From the NCBI GenBank assembly GCA_040903745.1, contig JBBDUV010000063.1, positions 42,432 to 106,431 of the forward strand: a stretch of 64,000 nt of DNA, given 5' to 3'. The stretch's first letter is position 1. Every line of letters starts with the position of its first letter. Positions 56,184 through 64,000 of the stretch are shown here, in pieces. The stretch is from Bacteroidales bacterium. GTDB taxonomy: Bacteria > Bacteroidota > Bacteroidia > Bacteroidales > GCA-2748055. The notes beneath the pieces are model-generated. The model had not been told where the DNA came from and did not search any database. It saw only the letters and a program-made list of their open reading frames with translations. The position numbers were made by a program, and so were the translations under genes.

Positions 56184-58649
56184 ATGGTATCCAGAATTTT
56201 TATTTTCTGCTTGGCGTTTTTGATCTGTGGCACTTCCCTTTTTGGACAGTCTGATATAGGCAGCAGTGATCTCTCAAAGGTGAAGGTCGAAGAGTTAAGC
56301 AACAGCCAGATACGACAGATTATGCAACGGGCGGAGCAAAGTGGCATGACAGAATCTCAGATGAATGCAGCTTTGTTAACGCGTGGGATGTCACCGGCTG
56401 AGCTGCAAAAGCTGGAAAAAAGGCTGAATTCAATGAGAGCCGGGCAGACAAGCATAGAGGTTGCAGATCGAAACCGGGAAGTAAGCTCATCTGCAGGACA
56501 GGAGGATATTTTCTCTTCGATCAGCGAAGCCAGTAGTCCCGCAAGACCTACGGGCCCCGCTCGCCGGATATTTGGTTATGAAATCTTCAGAAATGAAAAC
56601 CTGACCTTTGAGCCATCTCTGAATATTCCTACTCCGCCCGATTACCAGATTGGTCCGGGTGATGAGCTTGTTGTTGATATATGGGGGGCATCTCAGCAAA
56701 ATTATCAATTACCGGTATCTCCCGAGGGTACCGTTTACATAGAAAACCTGGGGCCAATCAACGTCAACGGTTTAACCATAGAGAAAGCATCTGACAGAAT
56801 ACTTCATCGTCTCAGGAGCATCTATTCCGGCCTGGCAGGTCCGGACAGGAACACCTATGCTGAAGTGACCCTGGGTGATGCCAGGACCATCACGGTTCAC
56901 ATGATCGGCGAGGTAAACCTGCCAGGCACCTTCACCATCAGCGCCTTTGCCTCGGTATTCAATGCACTTTATGCTTCCGGCGGACCATCCGTCACCGGTT
57001 CATTCAGAAACATTGAACTGATCAGGAACAACGAGCTGATCGCCACGCTGGACATGTATGATTTTCTTCTGAAGGGAACGCTTGAGAACAATATAAGGCT
57101 GCAGGACCAGGATATTATTAAGGTGAACCATTACCATACCCGGGTTGATATCACGGGAGAGATTAAGCGGCCGGGACTGTATGAGTTAAAGGATCATGAA
57201 GCGCTGCTGGGTAAACTAATTGAGTTTTCCGGTGGCTTTACAGATAAAGCCTTTCAAAAAAGGTTGACAGTCTATCGAAAAACAGATACAGAGAGAAAAA
57301 TAGTCGACCTGAACAAAGATGAGATCAATGCATTTAACCTGATTGATGGAGATTCAATTCCGGTATCACAAATCCTTCAGAGGTTTGAAAACAGGGTCAC
57401 CATCGACGGTGCGGTTTTCCGCCCCGGAGAATTTGCGTTGAACGGCGGATTGACACTGAGTGAACTCATAGCGAAAGCTGAAGGATTAAGAGAGGACGCC
57501 TTTTTACAACGGGCCCTAATCTACCGTACAGGAGATGACCTTACCCTTGAGATAATCCCGGTTGACTTAAGGGCCGTGATGGGTGGACAAGAACCATCCA
57601 TTCAATTACAAAAAGACGATATGGTATCCATATCATCCATTTTTGATCTGAAAGAGGAGTTTTATGTTGCAATAACCGGAGAGGTAAACCAACGCGGAAC
57701 ATATCCCTTTATGGAAAACAGTACACTGGAAGATCTTATTGTTATGGCAGGGGGGCTCAAGGAATCGGCCTCTTTGTCGAGGGTTGAAGTGGCGAGAAGA
57801 CAAAAAGAGGCGGATGCTGAAGAATCCCGTGGCATGATCGCTGAAATTTTCTATTTCGATATAAACAAATCCCTGGAGCTTACTGAAGAGGGCGAGAAAT
57901 TTATCCTTGAACCCTTTGATCAGGTCTATATCAGGAAATCACCCGGCTACGAAACTGAGCAGGTGATCACATTGACAGGCGAAGTAGAGTTTCCCGGCAA
58001 CTATAGCCTCTCTTCGAAAAAGGAAAGAATATCTGACCTTATAGCAAGGGCCGGCGGACTCACCTATGAAGCCTATCCGGCAGGGGCAAGACTGATACGA
58101 AAGGTAGAAGGCAACCGGAGAGTGCGAAGAAGAGCACTTGAATCCCTGGTGAGAGAATCGGAGGACCCATTGGTTTTCGACATTGACGATGAGGATGAGC
58201 AGGCCATAGGAATTGACCTGGAGAAGATACTGGAATCTCCCGGCAGCAAATACGATCTATTTGCCCGGAAGGGAGACAGGATAGAAATTCCAAAAGAGAT
58301 GCAAACGGTAAGATTAACAGGTGCTTTGTTGTATCCCATCACTGTAAGGTACGACAAAAGGTATAGTTTCAATAGATATATATCAATGTCGGGTGGCTTT
58401 GCCCAGGATGCCAAGAAAAGCAAAGCCTATGTGATCTATGCCAACGGCTCTGTTGCCAAAACAACCAATCTGCTGTTTTTCAATGCATATCCGAAGATAG
58501 AGCCCGGAGCAGAGATTATGGTCCCAAGAAAACCGGACAAGGAACGAATGTCAACCCAAGAGGCCATTGGAATAAGCTCCGCACTGACATCCATGGCGTT
58601 AATTATTGTTACAATAATCAATACAATTGGGGGAGGAGGTGGTGGTTAA
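56184..58649 (+). CDS. wza: Polysaccharide export protein (Wza-like, Poly_export + multiple SLBB domains)
   Basis: 821 aa with a signal peptide, 'YQIGPGDELVVDIWG' (Poly_export), repeated SLBB-like segments ('V.I.GEV..PG.Y') and a C-terminal TM helix. Confidence 0.8.
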   Translation: MVSRIFIFCLAFLICGTSLFGQSDIGSSDLSKVKVEELSNSQIRQIMQRAEQSGMTESQMNAALLTRGMSPAELQKLEKRLNSMRAGQTSIEVADRNREVSSSAGQEDIFSSISEASSPARPTGPARRIFGYEIFRNENLTFEPSLNIPTPPDYQIGPGDELVVDIWGASQQNYQLPVSPEGTVYIENLGPINVNGLTIEKASDRILHRLRSIYSGLAGPDRNTYAEVTLGDARTITVHMIGEVNLPGTFTISAFASVFNALYASGGPSVTGSFRNIELIRNNELIATLDMYDFLLKGTLENNIRLQDQDIIKVNHYHTRVDITGEIKRPGLYELKDHEALLGKLIEFSGGFTDKAFQKRLTVYRKTDTERKIVDLNKDEINAFNLIDGDSIPVSQILQRFENRVTIDGAVFRPGEFALNGGLTLSELIAKAEGLREDAFLQRALIYRTGDDLTLEIIPVDLRAVMGGQEPSIQLQKDDMVSISSIFDLKEEFYVAITGEVNQRGTYPFMENSTLEDLIVMAGGLKESASLSRVEVARRQKEADAEESRGMIAEIFYFDINKSLELTEEGEKFILEPFDQVYIRKSPGYETEQVITLTGEVEFPGNYSLSSKKERISDLIARAGGLTYEAYPAGARLIRKVEGNRRVRRRALESLVRESEDPLVFDIDDEDEQAIGIDLEKILESPGSKYDLFARKGDRIEIPKEMQTVRLTGALLYPITVRYDKRYSFNRYISMSGGFAQDAKKSKAYVIYANGSVAKTTNLLFFNAYPKIEPGAEIMVPRKPDKERMSTQEAIGISSALTSMALIIVTIINTIGGGGGG

Positions 58650-58687
58650 TAACCCCAGGATTTTCTTATTTTTAACCAGTTAAATAG

Positions 58688-59827
58688 TTACTTCTTTTCT
58701 ATAAATCCTTTGGTCACATTCTCAATGCGAGAAAGATCAGCATCAGTCATATTTGACCCTGATGGCAAACATAAACAGTTATTGAATAAAAATTCAGATA
58801 CACTGGAAATATATGCGGGATAATCACTGAAGACTGGCTGTAGATGCATTGGTTTCCATAGGGGTCTGCTCTCAATGATGTTTTTTTCAAATTCATTCAT
58901 CAAATCATAATTTGAGAAACCTGTCTTTCCTTTGTCAATGACAATTGTTGTTAACCAATAATTTGAGAAAAAATTTGAATCAGGTTCAGTTAAAAAATCT
59001 ATACCCTCAACACTACCTAATAACTTTCGATAAAAAGTATTAATTTCTCTTCTTGTTTTTACTCTTTCCTCAATAACCTCTAATTGACCGCGACCAATTC
59101 CAGCCAAAACGTTGCTCATTCTATAATTATAGCCTATTTCAGAATGTTGATAATAAGGTGCTTTATCACGGGCCTGGGTTGCCAAAAAACGAGCTTTTTC
59201 AATATGATTTTTATTATTGGATAATAAAGCCCCTCCTCCTGATGTTGTAATTATTTTATTTCCGTTAAAAGAGAGGATTCCAAAACTACCAAAAGAACCT
59301 AATTTCCTGTTTTTAAAACTACTCCCTAATGCTTCAGCTGCATCTTCAATAATTGGAATATTATATTTCCCACAAATATCTATAATTTCGTCCAACTTTG
59401 CAGGCATTCCATATAAATGCACCAGTATAAGAGCCTTGGGTGTTTTACCTGTCTTTACAATTCTATCTAATATGCTCTTTTCCAGTAATTCAGGATCCAT
59501 ATTCCACGTGTCCGGCTCACTGTCAATAAATACAGGGATTGCGCCCTGATAAACTATAGGATTTACCGATGCGGAAAAAGTAAAAGTTGAGACCAGTACT
59601 TCATCACTTCTGCCAACACCTGTAATTATAAGGGCTAAATGCAATGCTGCGGTCCCAGAGCTCAGTGTTGCAGCAAATTTAGTATTTGTATAATCTGCCA
59701 ATTCTTTCTCAAAACCATCTACATTTGGTCCGAGCGGCGCGATCCAGTTTGTGGAGAATGCATCCTCAATATATTTCTGTTCCTTACCACTCATATGCGG
59801 TGATGAAAGATAGATCCGATCAGTCAT
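58688..59827 (-). CDS. DegT/DnrJ/EryC1/StrS-family sugar aminotransferase (PglE/WecE-like)
   Basis: The start is at 'MTDRIYLSSPHMSG'. 'LSFNGNKIITTSGGGAL' carries the PLP lysine. It overlaps the upstream acetyltransferase stop by 8 nt (ATGACTGA). Confidence 0.85.
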   Translation of the reverse strand: MTDRIYLSSPHMSGKEQKYIEDAFSTNWIAPLGPNVDGFEKELADYTNTKFAATLSSGTAALHLALIITGVGRSDEVLVSTFTFSASVNPIVYQGAIPVFIDSEPDTWNMDPELLEKSILDRIVKTGKTPKALILVHLYGMPAKLDEIIDICGKYNIPIIEDAAEALGSSFKNRKLGSFGSFGILSFNGNKIITTSGGGALLSNNKNHIEKARFLATQARDKAPYYQHSEIGYNYRMSNVLAGIGRGQLEVIEERVKTRREINTFYRKLLGSVEGIDFLTEPDSNFFSNYWLTTIVIDKGKTGFSNYDLMNEFEKNIIESRPLWKPMHLQPVFSDYPAYISSVSEFLFNNCLCLPSGSNMTDADLSRIENVTKGFIEKK

Positions 59828-60440
59828 ATTTAATTGGATTTTGGCGAAGTATTTTTCCAGGATTACCAACTACTACATCATAATCTTTAACATCTCTAAG
59901 AATAACCGAACCAGCACCAATGATAGCCCATTTTCCAATTTTAACTCCAGGCAATATCGTAGCTCCTGTGCCTACATGAGTACCCTCACCGATATGAACA
60001 CCTCCTGTTATTGATGCATTTGGTGAAACATGAACAAAATCAAATATTTTACTATCGTGATCGATTACACATGCAGTATTAATAATACAATGACGACCTA
60101 TCTCAACATCGACATTAATTGTAACATTTGCCATAACTACAGTTCCTTCAAGCAATTCTGAATGGGGAGTTATAACTGCTGTTGGATGTATCAATGCTTC
60201 ATGATAATTTAGCATTTTTTTTTCATAAACCTTTTTCCTTGTGTAATTATCACCTATTGAAATAATCCACTTATCATCAGCTAATTCTGAAGGAATATAC
60301 TTTGATGGCAAATACACTGGATAACCTGATAATTCATTAATCTCACCATTATCATCAATAATACCTTCTATTTCAATACTAAGTTGAGATGCAATATCAA
60401 TGATAACTTTTGCATGACCACTTGCTCCATATAAATTCAT
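59820..60440 (-). CDS. NeuD/PglD-family sugar N-acetyltransferase (hexapeptide)
   Basis: 206 aa with a 'GASGHAKVI' Rossmann-like N-terminus and a left-handed beta-helix C-terminus. Confidence 0.8.
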   Translation of the reverse strand: MNLYGASGHAKVIIDIASQLSIEIEGIIDDNGEINELSGYPVYLPSKYIPSELADDKWIISIGDNYTRKKVYEKKMLNYHEALIHPTAVITPHSELLEGTVVMANVTINVDVEIGRHCIINTACVIDHDSKIFDFVHVSPNASITGGVHIGEGTHVGTGATILPGVKIGKWAIIGAGSVILRDVKDYDVVVGNPGKILRQNPIKYD

Positions 60441-60442
60441 TC

Positions 60443-61048
60443 CTAATTATTTCCTTTAAAGCGTTCCATTGTTGAATAACCTTTCTGATTTATGCCTTCT
60501 CGTTTAAAAACATGTAATATTGTCAATATAAATATTTTAAAATCCAGAGCAAAACTTACATTGTCAATATACCAAACATCGAGTGAAAACCTCTTTTTCC
60601 AATTTAATTCATTTCTTCCATTCACCTGTGCCCATCCAGTTATTCCTGGACGTAAGAGCAACCTTCTTTTTTGAAATTCATTATATAGAGAAAGATATTC
60701 CGGAAGTAAAGGTCTAGGGCCAATCATTGACATATCTCCTTTTAAGACATTAAATAACTGGGGCAACTCGTCCAATGAATTCTTTCTTAATATACCTCCC
60801 AATATGGTCATTCTTTTATCATCGGGCAACAAATTACCATTCTCATCAGTAAGGTCAGCCATAGTTTTAAACTTTAGTAATTCAAAGATCAATCCGTCTC
60901 TCCCGGTTCTTTGCTGAACGAAAAACACAACCCCATTATTAAAAAAAAGCTGAGCTATTATAATAAACAGAAAAACCGGAATAAATAATACGATCAGAAA
61001 AAAGGCCGAAAAAATATCAATTACTCTTTTTATTATTAACTTGTACAC
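60443..61048 (-). CDS. Small phosphoglycosyl (sugar-1-phosphate) transferase, PglC/WbaP C-terminal type
   Basis: 201 aa with 'KRVIDIFSAF', 'DELPQLFNVLKGDMSMIGPRP' and 'PGITGWAQV'. Confidence 0.85.
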   Translation of the reverse strand: MYKLIIKRVIDIFSAFFLIVLFIPVFLFIIIAQLFFNNGVVFFVQQRTGRDGLIFELLKFKTMADLTDENGNLLPDDKRMTILGGILRKNSLDELPQLFNVLKGDMSMIGPRPLLPEYLSLYNEFQKRRLLLRPGITGWAQVNGRNELNWKKRFSLDVWYIDNVSFALDFKIFILTILHVFKREGINQKGYSTMERFKGNN

Positions 61049-62225
61049 GCTCTACAATTTTTGCAACTTCTATTGTGAGATGAGATTTATCAAAACTATT
61101 TATAGCCACTTGACGTGCTTTCTGATTGCTTTTTAAATCATTCAAATAGTTCTTAACCGAATCATCCGAAAATATATTTTTAACTTGTTCAATGTTATCC
61201 TGATTAATATAAAAACCCAATTTTTCCTTCTCAATAATGTCATATTTCCATCCTTTATAATTCATAATTACAGGTTTATTTCCAACTGAAAGATAATCAA
61301 AAAACTTGTTTGCTGAATTCGTTTCAAATAATTTGTAATCGGGATCAACTAACATTAAAAAAACATCTGCGTCATTTAAAAATTGATTTAAATCTGTTTT
61401 GGGTACACCATCATGAACTCTAATATTTCTATGTTGCAAGCTCAATTGAATTAATTCTTCTTTCTCCTTTCCTTCTCCAATAAAAACAAAAAATATTTCA
61501 GGCAATTCTAATGCAACTTTACGGGTAAACTTCAGCAAACCATTGACCATCCCCATAGCTCCTGTATGGATAGCAACTAAACTATTTTTGGGAATATTCA
61601 GTTTCCGATGTAGAATATACTTTTTATCGGTTGGAAAAAATGTCTCTAAATCGCACATATTTGGTATCACAGATAACTTTTTTGAATCAATCCCTTTACT
61701 AATTATTGAATTCTTCATCCCGGGCGATAAAGCAATAATATGATATGATTTTCGATAGATACTTTTTTCAAAAGAATATAGTAATTTTACGAATAATGGA
61801 TTTTTAATGATCCCAATGGTAACAGGGATATCAGGCCACAAATCCCTCACTTCAAAAATATAGGGTGTCTTTTTTAATATTTTAAGAAAAATAGCAGGTA
61901 TACCAACTGTTAGCGGAGTTGAAGTAGCATAAACTACATTAATATTTTTTATCCTTAATGCATAGCGAATAGTTTTTAAAACAAAACTTATAAATGAAAT
62001 AATGCGATAAAAGTTAGAAAGTGTATTATCATAAAAATTTCGGATGTAAACAACCTTGATACCATTAATAATTTCCGTCTCCACTGATGATTCCTGATAA
62101 TTTCTACTTGTTAAAACAATCACTTCATGATTTCTATTCGCAAGCTGTTGAGAAATCCAATAAGATCTGGTTCCACCTCCCTCTGCAGGAGTTTTAAAAT
62201 ACTGATGTATATATAAAATTTTCAA
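61017..62225 (-). CDS. Glycosyltransferase family 4
   Basis: 402 aa with an 'MKILYIHQYF..GGGTR' N-terminus (WbuB-like) and GT-B architecture. Confidence 0.75.
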   Translation of the reverse strand: MKILYIHQYFKTPAEGGGTRSYWISQQLANRNHEVIVLTSRNYQESSVETEIINGIKVVYIRNFYDNTLSNFYRIISFISFVLKTIRYALRIKNINVVYATSTPLTVGIPAIFLKILKKTPYIFEVRDLWPDIPVTIGIIKNPLFVKLLYSFEKSIYRKSYHIIALSPGMKNSIISKGIDSKKLSVIPNMCDLETFFPTDKKYILHRKLNIPKNSLVAIHTGAMGMVNGLLKFTRKVALELPEIFFVFIGEGKEKEELIQLSLQHRNIRVHDGVPKTDLNQFLNDADVFLMLVDPDYKLFETNSANKFFDYLSVGNKPVIMNYKGWKYDIIEKEKLGFYINQDNIEQVKNIFSDDSVKNYLNDLKSNQKARQVAINSFDKSHLTIEVAKIVERVQVNNKKSN

Positions 62226-62233
62226 TGTCGTTT

Positions 62234-63361
62234 CTATTCCAAATAAATAGCCAGATATTGATTGGCAATATCATTCCAGTTAAAATCATTTGCAGCCTTT
62301 TTACATCTATCTGATATCATTTCATAATTGATGTTAATCTCTCTAATTTTTGCTATTATTTCTTCCTTATCTTTAGGATTTACAGCAAATCCAACGTAAC
62401 CATCTTTAAAAAATCCATCTATACCCTGCCCTTTTGTATAAATAACGGGAAGTCCCTGAGACATAGCCTCTATATAGGTCAACCCAAATGTTTCCTTTAA
62501 AGAAATCATTATATATATGTCAGAAATTTGATAAAATCTCCTCAACTCTTCTTTATTACTAAGCCTGCATTGGATTTTCACCTTATTAGAAGTACTTGCT
62601 AATCGTTCTACCCGACCACTATATCTATCATTACGATCTTTTCCAATCAAGGTTAAATAGGTAGGTTCCATCAGTTTTTTATTTGCTTCTGTTACCGTAT
62701 TTATCAACCCTATAATGTTCTTATTTCTAGTAAATTGTCCAACAAACAACAATTTATTTATCTCAAAATCATTCCTGTCTTTTATACCAGAATTTTTAAA
62801 CCAAAAGTCACTGATACCGTTTGGAATAACTTCTGACTTTTCCTCAACTATATTTCGATATTTCTTAGGTAGAATGTTGTTTATTAGTTCATCTTTATAG
62901 CTTGGATTAATAAAAATTATTTTTTTTGCATTTTTCAAAATTTGAAATGAAAATTCTCTTAAATGAACCATATATCTGTAAAAAATATTTATATCTGTAT
63001 TCCTTACTGAGATAATATATGGAATAGAAAATCGTTTAAACAGGTTATAAGCTACTCCACCATCGCTAAATAAAGTATGGGCGTGTATAACATTGAATTT
63101 TTGTAAATCATGATGAGTATGAATTAAATGCTTTGTAGTTTTCGCAATTTTAAGTTTATAAAGTATACGATGATATGGTCGTAAGATATTTAAAAAATTG
63201 AAATCAAGGTTATCGCAATTTATCAGATTTTTATTTATCAATGAACTGTCTCTTAAGGGGACATACACATATTGATAGTTACCTTTTTCCCATAATTTAG
63301 TTATTACATTTTTATATAACTCAGTTGTTGAGTAATTACAACAGATATGTAATATATTCAT
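62234..63361 (-). CDS. Glycosyltransferase family 4/1
   Basis: 375 aa with the 'ETFGLTYIEAMSQGLPVI' EX7E motif. Confidence 0.7.
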   Translation of the reverse strand: MNILHICCNYSTTELYKNVITKLWEKGNYQYVYVPLRDSSLINKNLINCDNLDFNFLNILRPYHRILYKLKIAKTTKHLIHTHHDLQKFNVIHAHTLFSDGGVAYNLFKRFSIPYIISVRNTDINIFYRYMVHLREFSFQILKNAKKIIFINPSYKDELINNILPKKYRNIVEEKSEVIPNGISDFWFKNSGIKDRNDFEINKLLFVGQFTRNKNIIGLINTVTEANKKLMEPTYLTLIGKDRNDRYSGRVERLASTSNKVKIQCRLSNKEELRRFYQISDIYIMISLKETFGLTYIEAMSQGLPVIYTKGQGIDGFFKDGYVGFAVNPKDKEEIIAKIREININYEMISDRCKKAANDFNWNDIANQYLAIYLE

Positions 63362-64000
63362 ATTGATAAAAATAACGTACGCATAATCTTAAAAAACTGC
63401 TGTATTCTAAGCAAGAAAAAACCGGGGACAAATACAATTGTCCTTAATAATCCTATCCTTGGTAATAGTTTTTTTACAAATCTTACAATGGTAATAACAT
63501 TAAAAATTCTTACAAACTCGTACGCTAAGACAACTAACGTATCCTTACCTCTTAATTTATACCTTTCTGCTCTTCCTTCTGCTATACGAAGAAATTTTTT
63601 CCTTATTTCTTTGAAAGTTTTTCGGGTTGGATGGTATACTAAAATATCTCTTTTGAAAACAAACATGAATTTACGTTCAAAAGCCCTAAGTGACCATTCA
63701 AAATCGCCACCTGATTTAACGGGTAAAAACTCTCCGATATCTTTAAAAACTTTTTTTGGTACAATTAAATTGGCAGTAGCTCCCCCTGCACCGGAATAAA
63801 ATGTTTTTTCATTATCTAAAAACCCCACGTAATCAAAGTTTTCCCATATAGCCGAATTGCTTTCCAAAATAAGTTTTATATCCCCTGCAATAATTGTTTC
63901 GATATTCTGACTAATTGTATAAAAATTAAATATGTTAATTAACCATTCTTCATGTAAAATGCAATCTGCATCAGTAAATGCTAAAACGTTCCCATTTGAA
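63358..64000 (-). CDS. Glycosyltransferase family 2 (partial; N-terminus beyond window end)
   Basis: The reading frame stays open upstream of the track's TTG 'start'. My translation of 63868-64000 gives '...NGNVLAFTDADCILHEEW...', which is a GT2 DxD region. Confidence 0.6.
   Translation of the reverse strand, partial: SNGNVLAFTDADCILHEEWLINIFNFYTISQNIETIIAGDIKLILESNSAIWENFDYVGFLDNEKTFYSGAGGATANLIVPKKVFKDIGEFLPVKSGGDFEWSLRAFERKFMFVFKRDILVYHPTRKTFKEIRKKFLRIAEGRAERYKLRGKDTLVVLAYEFVRIFNVITIVRFVKKLLPRIGLLRTIVFVPGFFLLRIQQFFKIMRTLFLSI

Overview
This 64-kb window looks like chromosomal Bacteroidota sequence. The evidence is a T9SS/gliding gene (sprA), a fused lpxC-fabZ gene, and TAnnTTTG '-7' promoter boxes 20-40 nt upstream of several start codons. 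All product calls come from reading the supplied translations for family motifs; no database search was run.

Gene layout:
- 1-11.4 kb, minus strand: sprA (partial, runs off the window), ruvA, and infB-nusA-rimP.
- 11.6-17.4 kb: an HD hydrolase, lpxD, lpxC/fabZ, lpxA and thiL.
- 17.6-23.8 kb: a sufBCDSE-sufT operon interrupted and followed by arrays of a REP/MITE-like hairpin repeat.
- 24-37 kb: mixed housekeeping and accessory genes, namely queG, DUF4252, yjbQ, vapBC, a hydrolase, GSCFA, a decayed TonB-receptor pseudogene, an orphan ABC ATPase, amt-glnK, abgT and metA.
- 37.3-46 kb, minus strand: the most unusual block (described below).
- 46-51 kb: a beta-carbonic anhydrase, a 125-nt rod-like hairpin, a large AsmA-family protein and a membrane protein.
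- 51-64 kb: a surface-polysaccharide locus with a Wzi-like gene, GT4 genes, a CapD/PglF-like gene, wza, PglE/D/C-like genes, and more GT4 and GT2 genes. G+C falls from about 50% to about 32% in its last 5 kb.

The 37.3-46 kb block contains:
- a PBP-like receptor fused through a TM helix to a GcvH-like domain;
- a Tat-exported 4x[4Fe-4S] HybA/NrfC-type protein;
- an NrfD/HybB-type membrane subunit;
- a second TM-anchored GcvH-like paralog;
- a histidine kinase whose periplasmic domain carries CXXCH and CX4CH motifs;
- a sigma-54 enhancer-binding response regulator;
- an archaemetzincin.

No catalytic (molybdopterin, hydrogenase or cytochrome) subunit is encoded in this block. I consider it the best candidate for an undescribed redox-sensing or quinone-linked system.

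No rRNA, tRNA, CRISPR array, transposase or integrase was recognised.
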